Assembly: GCF_006345805.1 (NCBI RefSeq)
Contig: NW_021836571.1
Location: 1 to 23,716 of the forward strand
Direction of reading: 5' to 3'
DNA: 23,716 nucleotides
Origin: Octopus sinensis
Lineage: Eukaryota
The notes below the pieces were generated by a model. It saw only the letters and a program-made list of their open reading frames with translations. It ran no database searches and was not told where the DNA came from. Numbering within the stretch: the stretch's first letter is position 1; every line of letters begins with the position of its first letter. Positions 11,112 through 21,191 of this stretch are shown here, piece by piece. Position numbers and translations under genes: made by a program.

Positions 11112-11409
11112 CCAGCAGTATCGCCCGGCGTTGCTCGGGTTTGTAAGGGAAATAACTATATAAGCATTTTAGAGAGTTACTTCCCTTATATAATAGCAAA
11201 AAAATGCATTAAAAATGGGAAAAAAATAATGGTAATTTTTTTTTAAATCGTAGACTCATCATAGACGTGCGCTAATACCCAGAAGGGCTCGATATGAATC
11301 ACAACTATAAGATACCCGCTTTTGGTTAAACTGCACCGCAAAATGTGGGAGTAGTTAGGAATCTAAATCGTAGGAGACAGACACACAACTTCACTTTTAT
11401 ATATAAAGA
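11112..11409 (-). mobile_element. Non-autonomous Helitron, 298 bp
   Basis: Minus strand A|TC...hairpin CCCGAGCAACGCCGGG...CTGG|T (CTRR end), no TSD; near-identical to 17663-18055. Confidence 0.85.
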
Positions 11410-12229
11410 TATACAGCGAGTGTTCGTATCTTCCGGTTACCAAATTTTAATTCCTATCGTTCGTTCTCTCACTGAATCTAAAGACAGTTCTTGAATGTGT
11501 TACACGGTTTGAATCCCACGCAGAAACACGTGTTTCCAAAGTCACACTGTCTAACCACTCAACCACAGAACTAAGTATTCCGAAAACTACTACTAGACCA
11601 GGTGAATGGTTGCGAACTGAATAAATACACTTTTATCGAGAGATGAAACGAAGTCTTTATGTTCATAATCTGTTTGAGTTGACGCTGTCAAGAGATTTAA
11701 TTTGATTAATAGGATATTATCAAAGACATTTATGTAAAGAGATCTGAACAGGAAGTCATAAACCCGACAATAAGCTAGTCTCATATCACACATAAATGTT
11801 ACAGTGAAGTACCTTCAACGTGGTTATCTAATGTGTTAGAAATAGCAGCCAGATATCTGTATTATCACATTGCTTTATTGTCTTTCCGTTTAGTCCTGTG
11901 CAGTGAATATAGGTAGGCTGTCTTTGAATGGGTTCGAAAGATTCCATGTACGATTTTCTTTGAGGAGCGGGGACTGTCCCTGCTCTCACTTGTTCTACAT
12001 TTTGGGGCAAAGGGACTTTTTTAAGTGCTGCCCTATGACTCTTCTCGTGGTGAAATTTACCCAATTACACAAGGTAGATAAAAAAAAAAAAGAGCTCGGG
12101 TGTTTAAATTTTGCATGATGTGGACGAAATTATTAGTTTTTCAATATTTACTTTCTCGTGATTTTATATTTCATTCAATTTATTAAAACACAAATAAAAA
12201 AATTGTGATTTATATTACTTTCAATTTTC

Positions 12230-12430
12230 GGCACAAGGCCAGCAATTTTGAGGTAGGTAGTAAGTCGATTATATTTACCCCTGACTTCAACTGGAGTTTA
12301 TTTCGTCGATCCCGAAGGATGAAAGGCAATGTCGATCTCGTGGGAATTTGAACCCAGAACCTAAAGAGGAACGAAATGCCTCTAAACATTCTGCCCGGCG
12401 TGCTAACAGGTATACCAGCTCGCCGCCTTA
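12230..12430 (-). mobile_element. SINE family A, full length
   Basis: Ends CCAGCTCGCCGCCTTA (reverse complement of the head) and begins GGCACAAGGCCAGCAATTTT (reverse complement of the tail). Confidence 0.85.
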
Positions 12431-12449
12431 ACCGTGTTCAATATTCTTT

Positions 12450-12826
12450 TCTACTCCAAGCACATGGCCCGAAATTTTGGGCAGTCGATTAGATCGCCCC
12501 CAGTACGCAACTGGTACTTAATTTATCGACTCGAAAGGATGAAAGGTAAAGTCGACCTCGGCGGAATTCGAACTCAGAACGTAAAGATGAATTACCTATT
12601 TCTTTACTACCCACAAGGGGCTAAACACTGAGAGGACAAACAAGGACAGACAAACGGATTAAGTCGACTATATCGACCCCAATACGTAACTGGTACTTAT
12701 TTAATCGACCCCGAAAGGATAAAAGGCAAACTCGACCTCGGCGGAATTTGAACTCAGAACGTAACGACAGACGAAATACCGCTAATCATTTCGCCCAGTT
12801 AAAGTTTCTGCCAGCTTGCTGCTTTC
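12450..12826 (-). mobile_element. SINE family A dimer: head + 184-bp unit + terminal body
   Basis: Junction motifs at 12780 and 12596 are 184 bp apart; the internal unit carries the CT-rich tail ending GTGGGTAGTAAAGAAATA. Confidence 0.85.
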
Positions 12827-12968
12827 TTATCCGTGATCTATATTAAAGCTCATAGGATTTGCTGCAAAACTAAGCTAAGGGAGCAGATGTGTTTATACGC
12901 AGCCCCCCCCCCCCAAAAAAAAAACAAAGACATATAAATTCCTTTTTATTATTTATTCGAATTTTGAA

Positions 12969-13160
12969 GGCGGTGAGCGGGTAAAATTTGTTGTATTTCG
13001 ACCATCGCTACGTTCTGAGTGCAAATTCCGCCGAAGTTAACTTTGCCTTCCATCTTCTCAGGGTCGGTAATTTAAGTACCAGTGAAACACTGGGGTTGAT
13101 GTAATCGACTTGCCCCCTCCCCAAAATCTCAGACCTTGTGCCATTAGAAGAAATGATTAT
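12969..13160 (+). mobile_element. SINE family A copy (tail CAGACCTTGTGCCATTAGAAGAAA)
   Basis: GGCGGTGAGC head and GCAAATTCCGCCGAAGTTAACTTTGCC body; flanked by 16-bp repeats. Confidence 0.8.
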
Positions 13161-13176
13161 TTATTCGAATTCTGAA

Positions 13177-13392
13177 GGTGGTGAGTTGGAAGAATATTTA
13201 GCGCCCCGGTAGAAAGGGTTAGCGGTATTTCGCCCGTCGCCACGCTCTGAGTTCAAATTCCGCCGAGGTCGATCTTGCGTTTCATCATTACGGGGTCAAT
13301 AAAATAAGTACCAGTTACATATTGGGGTCGGTGTAATTGACTTAATCCCCTCCCCCCGAACTCCCTTTGTGACAAAAATTTGAAATCATTAC
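13177..13392 (+). mobile_element. SINE family A copy (tail TTTGTGACAAAAATTTGAAATC)
   Basis: GGTGGTGAGTTGG head and CTGAGTTCAAATTCCGCCGAGGTCGA body; flanked by 16-bp repeats. Confidence 0.8.
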
Positions 13393-13451
13393 TTATTCGA
13401 ATTATGAAACCCAGCAACCAGAATCGTAGTGCTCCAGACATGCATGTATAG

Positions 13452-13489
<38 letters not shown>

Positions 13490-13500
13490 ACCCACACACA
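13452..13500. repeat. (CA)n microsatellite
   Basis: Read directly. Confidence 0.9.
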
Positions 13501-13836
13501 TGCGCACAAGTAAAGAAAAGGTATCGCAGCGTAAATAACGGACAGAGTCAAGACGATTGAAAAGGTTGCAAGACGCAACGAAAATTTTAGGAAAATAAAA
13601 AATAAGAAATAAGTAGAAATTTTACCGTGTGTGTGTTATATTAATGCACACAAAAAGGAGAATGTCTCTTCCCAGACAAACAGAATATATATATAGTATA
13701 TATATATATATATATATTATATATCATATATTATAATATATATTATATACTCTCTCTCACCCACACACACATACTCACACAACATATATATATATATAGG
13801 TATGTATATGAATATATGTATATACTAATATACTAT

Positions 13837-13955
13837 GGGCTTCTTTCAGTTTCTGTGAATCAGTTCCACACACGAAGCAATGGTCAGCGGCACGGCTATA
13901 GCAGAAGACACTTGCCTAATTTGCGGAGCTTCTCAACCACAAAGCCACACCTGCA
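13837..13955 (-). mobile_element. SINE family B 5' fragment
   Basis: GGGCTTCTTTCAGTTTC..GGCTATAGCAGAAGACACTTGCC..AGCCACACCTGCA. Confidence 0.65.
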
Positions 13956-14540
13956 AATCAAAATACACAGCAAAATTTTATCAGACACATAACCTCTTTG
14001 TCAATTCTCCTGCTTATCATAGAAAATATTACAGTCACATAACAACATGGGAAAGCCATAGTCTGAACTTAGCTATACAGACGTTCTTTACACAGCGTAC
14101 CTTCAAAAACGCCCGAATTTCTTTTGAAGTTGTTTTATCTTACGTTAATATTTTATTTTGTATACTCACTTTCTGGTAATGTCACCGTAAAATGCTTTGG
14201 AATTTGATTCAAATTATTATTATCATTTCCCTTTTCAATATTTTCCTGGTCGTTTTTGCTGCGCTATAAATTTCCACCTCCATATTATCCCTTCATTGAG
14301 CAGTGATGTCTTTCGGGATCGAAATAATGTTTGTGAGTTACGTTTGTCTTGTTTTATTACACAGCTATTTTTGTTTTGTTCTGTTTTGTTTTTGTTCTTT
14401 CTGTCTGCTGTTACATCAACATTCGTGTGTTTGTTGTACAGAATACATTCACTTTATGTGTCGTGTCATTTTACCAGATGCAGTCTGTGTTTACTATGTT
14501 TTGTGTCAATTATGCGGGTATCAAACATCACGTGAGTGAA

Positions 14541-14606
14541 GGCGTATAGCCTAGCGGAGAGGGTATTCGGCTCAGCTCCACGAGGTAGTGTCTTCGATTC
14601 TTGGCA
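14541..14606 (+). mobile_element. Decayed tRNA-like SINE head (not a tRNA gene)
   Basis: GGCGTATAGCCTAGCGG (box-A-like) and TTCGATTC (box-B-like); no consistent cloverleaf. Confidence 0.4.
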
Positions 14607-14633
14607 TTGAGTAAGACAATTTATTTTCGCGTT

Positions 14634-15565
14634 AAGGCGGCGAGCTGGCAGAAACGTTAGCACGCCGGGCGAAATGCTTAGCGGTATTTCGTCTGCATTA
14701 CGTTGTGAGTTCAAATTCCGCCGAGGTCGACTTTGCCTTTCATCCTTTCGGGGTCGATAAATTAAGTACCAGTTACGCACTGGGGTCGATGTAATCGACT
14801 TAATACCTATGTCTGTCCTTGTTTGTCCCCTCTATGTTTAGCCCCTTGTGGGTAATAAAGAAATAGGTATTTCGTCTACCGTTACGTTCTGAGTTCAGAT
14901 TCTGCCGAGTCGACTTTGCCTTTCATCCTTTCGGGGCCGATGTAATCGACTTAATCCTTTTGTTTGTCATTGTTTGTCCCCTCTATGTCACTTCTATTTC
15001 GTCTGCCGTTACGTTCTAATTTCAAATTCCGCCGAGGCCGACTTTGCCTGTCATTCTTTCGGGGTCCATAAATTAAGTACCAGTTACGCACTGGGGTCGA
15101 TATAATCGACTTAATCCCTTTGTCTGTCCTTATCTGTGCCCTCTATGTTTAGACCCTTGTGGGCAATAATAAGAAACGGTAGCCCGCTGGGCGAAATGCT
15201 TAGCGTTATTTCATCTGCCGTTATGTTCTGAGTTCAAATTCCGCCGAAGTCGACTTTGCCTTTCATCCTTTCGGAGTCGATTAAATAAGTACCAGTTACG
15301 CAATGAGGTCGATGTAATCGACTTAATCCGTTTGTCTGTCCTTGTTTGTCCCCTCTGTGTTTATCCCCTTGTGGGTAGTATAGAAATAGGTATTTCATCT
15401 GCCTTTACGTTCTAAGATCAAATTCTGCTCAGGTCGACTTTGCCTTTTGTCCTTTCGGGGTCGATGAATTTAGTACCACTTGCGTACTGGGGTTGATCTA
15501 ATCGACTGCCCCACCCCACCCCCCAAAAAATGTCAGGCTTTGTGCCTAAAGTAGAAAACATCATT
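14634..15565 (+). mobile_element. SINE family A pentamer: head + four internal units + terminal body with standard tail
   Basis: Unit starts at 14683, 14866, about 14994, 15205 and 15389; intact periods are 183-184 bp; unit 2 has an internal deletion; unit 4 is preceded by a partial head from 15172. Confidence 0.9.
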
Positions 15566-15649
15566 TTCTAATTTTTTAAATCCATTTAAATAGTTAAGTC
15601 TCACAAAATCTTACATTTCTCCGACTCCAGCACTCCTTCGACACTATCA

Positions 15650-15678
15650 TATATTATTATTATTATTAGTATTAGTTA

Positions 15679-15728
<50 letters not shown>

Positions 15729-15745
15729 CTATTATTACTATTACG
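15650..15745. repeat. (TAT)n/(TAG)n repeat
   Basis: Read directly. Confidence 0.85.
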
Positions 15746-15955
15746 TTGGTGAGCTGGCAGAATCCGATGAAAACCGGCCGAAATGTTTAGCAGTACTTCG
15801 CCTGTCGCTGGTTCTAAGATCAAATTCTGCCGACGTGGATTTTGTCTTCCATCTTTGGTGTCGATAGATTAAATACCAGTGAAACACTGGAGTCCATTTA
15901 ATCGACTTATCTCCTCCACCAAAACCCCTTGTGGCAAAATTTAAAAACATCAATA
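15746..15955 (+). mobile_element. SINE family A copy, diverged
   Basis: GGTGAGCTGGCAGAATC head, AAATTCTGCCGACG, TACCAGTGAAACACTGG. Confidence 0.75.
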
Positions 15956-15967
15956 TTATAATCATCA

Positions 15968-16006
<39 letters not shown>

Positions 16007-16007
16007 T

Positions 16008-16077
<70 letters not shown>

Positions 16078-16145
16078 TCATCATCATCATCATCATCATT
16101 ATTATTATTACTATAATAATAATAATTATTATTATTATTATTTTT
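15956..16145. repeat. (TCG)n(TCA)n(TAT/AAT)n repeat
   Basis: Read directly. Confidence 0.9.
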
Positions 16146-16517
16146 TTATTATGTTTGTTCTCTTTTTTTCTTTTCTTCTTCGTTACTGTTGTTCGTTCTA
16201 GAATTAATGTTGTGTTCAATATTAGATTATACCAATCAGACTACCAGATCGCTGATAAAACAAATATCATACCAATGTCTGCTTGATTGGGGAATTTATG
16301 TAATTCACATTTAATTAAAACTGAAAGCAATTCCACCAAAAATCAATACAGACTGGTTTCCTTTTGTTTTTGTCTCTGACGATAAATGACAGCAACACAG
16401 TCGAATGTTCTCAGCTTCTCTTCTTAATCTCTTGTTTCCCATTTTCGTCTCTAGATCAACGAAAACATTATCGTTAAGTGTACATATGTTTAGTCGTTTA
16501 TCGTGTGCTTGTTTTAA

Positions 16518-16690
16518 GTCATTAGACTGCGGCCATGCTGGGGCGGCACCGCCTTGAAGAATTTTAGACGAAAGAAATTGACTCTGGTATTTATTTTTAT
16601 CTTTAAGATGGATATGTTTTCTATTGGGTACTTTTGCCGGACCTCTAAGTTACTGGGACGTAGCACACACGAACAAATACACACACGTGT
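16518..16690 (-). mobile_element. SINE family B 3' half, diverged
   Basis: GTCATTAGACTGCGGCCATGCTGGGGCGGCACCGCC is the reverse complement of the family B tail. Confidence 0.6.
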
Positions 16691-16842
16691 ATGTATGTAT
16701 GTATGTATGTATGTATGTATGTATGTATGTATGAATGTATGAATGTATAGACAGATAGATAGATAGACAGACAGGCAGACATATAGATAGATAGATAGAT
16801 AGATAGACAGACAGACAAACAGACAGATAAATAGACAGACAG

Positions 16843-16920
<78 letters not shown>

Positions 16921-16956
16921 CACTAGACAAACAGACATATATATAGATAGATAGAT
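16688..16956. repeat. (GTAT)/(GATA)/(GACA)/(TA) compound microsatellite
   Basis: Read directly. Confidence 0.9.
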
Positions 16957-16958
16957 AT

Positions 16959-17280
16959 GTTTCTTATTAGCCACACAGGGCTGCACACAGACAGAACAAA
17001 TTACAGGGTAGAGCTTTTCTTTTGGGGGTAAAAAAAAGGGGGTTGGTTTTCGATCAAAAGGGATCGTAAAAGGAAAGAAAGAGGACAAAAAAAGGGGAGG
17101 ATTTTTAAAAATAGGTGGGGAGAGGAAAAAAAGGAAAGGGGAGAGGAAAAAAAGTTGATCAATAGGGATCGTAATCACAGAAATGTCAATATGAAGTGTA
17201 AAGGGGAGGACAGGTGAGGTTTACCCGTGGAAAGAAAAGCCTACGGAAAAGACCACGGTAGCCTCGGTCAATGAAGTCAC
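16959..17280 (-). mobile_element. 5'-truncated LINE-like 3' UTR embedded in (ATCT)n repeats
   Basis: Non-microsatellite block between GATA arrays; on the minus strand it is pyrimidine-rich and ends GCAGCCCTGTGTGGCTAATAAGAAAC. The LINE (possibly L1/Tx1) assignment is recall and inference; no coding sequence is present. Confidence 0.5.
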
Positions 17281-17288
17281 ATGTTATT

Positions 17289-17413
<125 letters not shown>

Positions 17414-17530
17414 CTGAAGACATGACACGGAAGATTACAGAAGATCGCCACTAATAGTTGTAGCTTAACAACAATATAATACAAATGATGGGCTATATAC
17501 CCCTTCTGATTTAGTCATCCATAGTCTGAT

Positions 17531-17573
17531 GATATTTCGGAATAAAATTCCTTCTTCAAATATACTTAGATGG
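17531..17573 (-). ncRNA. Hammerhead-like motif, C3U core variant
   Basis: Minus strand TTGAAGA-A-GGAA-TTTTA-TTCC-GAAA-TA-TC; stem I is short or interrupted. Confidence 0.45.
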
Positions 17574-17637
17574 AGTCGCTGCTATAATCGGTTTTCCAAC
17601 AGTTTTTTTTTTGTTTTTTTACCCCATCTAAGAATAT

Positions 17638-17662
17638 CTGAAGAAGGAATTATATTCCGAAA
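17638..17662 (+). ncRNA. Hammerhead-like motif interrupted after GAAA by a Helitron
   Basis: CTGAAGA-A-GGAA-TTATA-TTCC-GAAA, with the continuation TATCATCAGAC at 18056. Confidence 0.55.
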
Positions 17663-18055
17663 CTAGCAGTATCGCCCGGCGTTGCTCGGGTTTGTAAGGG
17701 AAATAACTATATTAGCATTTTTAGAGATGTAAGGCATAATATCCATCTCAATATGGCTAACCACAAATGGGGAGGGGTTACTGTAGCTTTTTACGTTCTG
17801 AGATTTAATAATAAATTTTTAGAGAGTTACTTCCCTTATATATGCCAAAAAATGCATTAAAATGGGAAAGATTGATGGTAATTTTTTTTTTAATCGTAGA
17901 CTCATCGTAGACGCGCGCTAATACCCAGAAGGGCTCGATATGAATCACGACTATAAGATACCCGGTTTTGGTTAAAGTGCACCGCAAAATGTGGGAGTAG
18001 TTAGGAATCTAAATCGTAGGAGACAGACACACAACTTCACTTTTATATATAAAGA
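17663..18055 (-). mobile_element. Non-autonomous Helitron, 393 bp
   Basis: Minus strand A|TC...CCCGAGCAACGCCGGG hairpin, 8 nt, CTAG|T; no TSD; the empty site is confirmed by the uninterrupted inverted copy at 17472-17573. Confidence 0.9.
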
Positions 18056-18204
18056 TATCATCAGACTAGGGATGGTTAAATTACAACAGGTATACAGCAC
18101 ATTGTTTGTATTATAGTGCATTGTTATACCATTCAAAACATTTTATGCTTTACAAACAATACACAATGCTTCAAGCAAACTACATTACTCTCCTAACAAT
18201 ATAC

Positions 18205-18384
18205 TCTTGGCCATTCTGGAGCACCGGCTGTAGTCGAGCAAATCGAACCCAGGACTTATTCTTTGTAAGCCTAGTACTTATTCTATCGGTTCTTTTTGTC
18301 GAACTGCTAAATGACGGAGAGGTAAACACACCAGCATCGGTTGTCAAGCGATGTTTGGGGGACAAACACTGACACACAAATACA

Positions 18385-18470
<86 letters not shown>

Positions 18471-18637
18471 CATATATACGACGGGTTTCTTTCCGTTTCC
18501 CTCTACCAAATCCACTTACAAGGCTTTTGTCGGCCCGAGGCTATAGTAGGAGACACTTGCCCAATGTGCCACGCAGTGGGACTCAACTCGGAACCATCTG
18601 GTTGGTAAGCAAGGTACTTACCACACATACACTCCTA
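18205..18637 (-). mobile_element. SINE family B, near full length
   Basis: Reverse complement of 9594-9957, including GACACTTGCCCAA (CORE-like CTTGGGCAAGTGTC) and the internal (CA)/(TA) tract. Confidence 0.85.
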
Positions 18638-19094
18638 CGACTATGTGTATCATTGGCGAGAATTTCTCGAGGTATCCTTACTTCCTTCGCCAAGTTTCTC
18701 GGCACACAGTAGACATGCTATAGGGGAGTTCTAACTCACCCGCATCTCTCCAATATAGCGGCTTAAACAAAGGAAATATTGGGGTATTGCATTTCAGGTA
18801 CACAGAGACCTGATGATGGAATATGATTTGAAGTGTTTCAGCAACAACAACAACAACAACAGTACTTCGTTACCTTCAAACATTTCTTCGAAACCGAAAG
18901 TCTTTGATAGGAATCTAACGTTTATCCGCCTGTAATTGGAATGGATGCGGCAAAAATACATCCAATAGTTTACAAAATATTACATTATAACAGGAATTTT
19001 TGCATTTAATTAAAAATTAAATTCGAAAATAAAATGAGAAACTCTCTTACAAGAACGCTAACTTGAAGAACATGAATACAGAAAATCTAGCAAC

Positions 19095-19325
19095 CACATA
19101 TGCCAACATATATATACATATATATATATATATATGTAAATGTGTATATATATATTATTATATATGCATATATATATATGTATGTATATATATATACATA
19201 CATACAAATACACACGTAAATATGTATGTGTGTATTCGCCTATCTCTATATGCATATATACATATATATATATATATGCGCATACAATTATTTCTGTGCA
19301 TGTTTCTATGTATGTATATATATTA
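19095..19325. repeat. Degenerate (TA)/(CA)/(TG) low-complexity repeat
   Basis: Read directly. Confidence 0.85.
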
Positions 19326-20067
19326 CTATATTTTTCTTAATTTTCCTCTTAAAGCCGATTCTAATGAGCTCAGTTACTGCCAACTTTCTGAACAAGATTG
19401 TATCTACATTCTTAATTATTTTCTAATCTAACATCTCACCCAGTTTAATATCCGCAGTTGTGCAGGTTAGTCAAAACTATGAAAATAATTCTATTTCATA
19501 CTCTTTATTTATTTATGTATTCATTTTATTTTACGTTTCGTTTTTTTTCTCTTTTTCCTTGTTTTTATATTTCCCAGGTTTCCTTGCAAGTATGGTTCGC
19601 CATGTTGTTGGTTGGATTCTCAATAAATCATTAATTTTTAGATAAGATTCTTCTTTTACAGCCGTGACAAGGTTTCATCACACATCGTGGCAATTTTTTT
19701 CTTTTTTTTTTTTGTTAGTTTCCTTATAAATTCCTTCCATGGATTTTTATTATATTTTATTTAATTTCAGATTATTTTCAAATTCATTTTACTTTATTTT
19801 CTAATTTCAAACCGAATCTTATTGGTATAAATTAAATATATCGCTGTGAAATTCTTGCTCTGCGTTTTACGCATTGGCATCGAAACGTAAATACATTTTG
19901 GCAATTCCTCTCAGCATTATTGGCTTATTACATAATAATTTACATATTCTTAATTCTTTTCAGTTTTTTCTTTATTTTGCAGGTTTCACTCATTGGACTG
20001 CGACCATGCTGGAGCACGTCTCTCAGGCCATTAATTGGATCATATTGAACTTGGTATTTTGTCCGGT

Positions 20068-21191
20068 AAGGCGGCGAGCTGGCAGAATCGTTAGCACGCC
20101 GGGCGAAATTCTTAACAGTATTTCGTCTGCCGCTACGTTCTGAGTTCAAATTCCGCCGAGGTCGATTTTGCCTTTCATCCTTTCGGGATCGATAAATTAA
20201 GTACCTGTTACGCACTGAAGTCGATGTAATCGACTTAATCCGTTTGTCTGTCCTTGTTTGTCCTCTCTGCGTTTAGCTCCTTGTGGGTAGTAAAGAAATA
20301 GGTATTTCGCCTGCCGTTACGTTCTGAGTTCAAATTCCGCCGAGGTCGACTTTGCCTTTCATCCTCTCGGTGTCGATAAATTAAGTACCAGTTACGCACT
20401 GGAGTCGATGTAATCGACTTAATCCGTTTATATGTCCTTGTTTGTCCCTTCTGTGTTTAGACCCTTGTATGTAGTAAAAAATTAGGTATTTCGTCTGTTG
20501 TTACGTTCTGAGTTGAAATTCCGCCAAGGTCGACTTTGCCTTTCATCCTTTCGGGGTCGATAAATTAAGTAGCAGTTACGCACTGGGGTCGATGTAATCG
20601 ACTTAATCCGTTTGTATGTCCTTGTTTGTCCTCTCTGTGTTTAGCCCCTGGTGGATAGTAACGAAATAGGTATTTTGTCTGCCGTTACGTTCTGAGTTCA
20701 AATTCCGCCGAGGTCGACTTTGCCTTTCACCCTTTCGGGGTCGATAAATTAAGTAGCAGTTACGCACTGGGGTCAATGTAATCTACTTAATTCCTTTGTC
20801 TGTCCTTGCCTGTCCTCTCTGTATTTAGCCCCTTGTGAGTAGTAAAGAAATAGGTATTTCGTCTGCCGTTACGTTCTGAGTTCAAATTCCGCCGAAGTCG
20901 ACTTTGCCTTTGATCCTTTCGGCGTCGATAAATTAAGTACCAGTGACGCACTGGGGTCAATGTAATCGACTTAATCCGTTTGTCTGTCCTTGTTTGTCCT
21001 CTCTGTGTTTAGCCCCTTGTGAGTAGTAAAGAAACAGGTATTTCGTCTGCCGTTACGTTCTGAATTCAATTTCTGCCAAGGTCGGCTTTGCCTTTCATCC
21101 TTCCGGAGTTACGCACTGGAGTCGATGTAATCGACTTAGTCTGTTTGTTTGTCCTCTCTGTGTTTAGCCCCTTGTGGGTAGTAAAGAAATA
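20068..21191 (+). mobile_element. SINE family A hexamer: one head + six units of 184-bp period (last internally deleted)
   Basis: Unit starts at 20117, 20301, 20485, 20669, 20853 and 21037; flanking 14-bp repeats at 20053-20066 and 21192-21205. Confidence 0.95.

Larger units (their letters stand above)
17472..18118. mobile_element. Inverted pair of about 102-bp hammerhead-bearing repeats (Penelope-like termini), right arm split by a Helitron
   Basis: Left arm 17472-17573 is the reverse complement of 17624-17662 joined to 18056-18118. Confidence 0.75.

Noticed and set aside
14164-14263. Minus-strand exon ending at a GTGAGT donor (RSKNDQENIEKG..TLPE)
   Set aside because: No polypyrimidine tract at the acceptor, no known domain, and GTGAGT occurs several times by chance in this window.
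14541-14606. Functional tRNA gene
   Set aside because: Box-like motifs are present, but acceptor and anticodon stems do not pair; better read as a SINE head relic.
16370-16425. CTGACGA..GAC/GTC..GAAT hammerhead-like string
   Set aside because: GAAA is broken and the stems are inconsistent.
18734-18809. Minus-strand 70-nt or 22-nt exon (VSVYLKCNTPIFPLFKPLYWRDA) with GTGAGT donor
   Set aside because: Plausible splice signals, but no homology or transcript evidence; cannot be distinguished from chance.
19540-19670. Plus-strand acceptors with strong pyrimidine tracts (TTTCCCAG|G, TTTTACAG|C)
   Set aside because: T-rich background makes such sites common; no consistent donor or reading frame follows.
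20117-21037. 184-bp period as a nucleosome-phasing satellite
   Set aside because: The length is fully explained by SINE body plus tail; nothing in the sequence supports selection for phasing.
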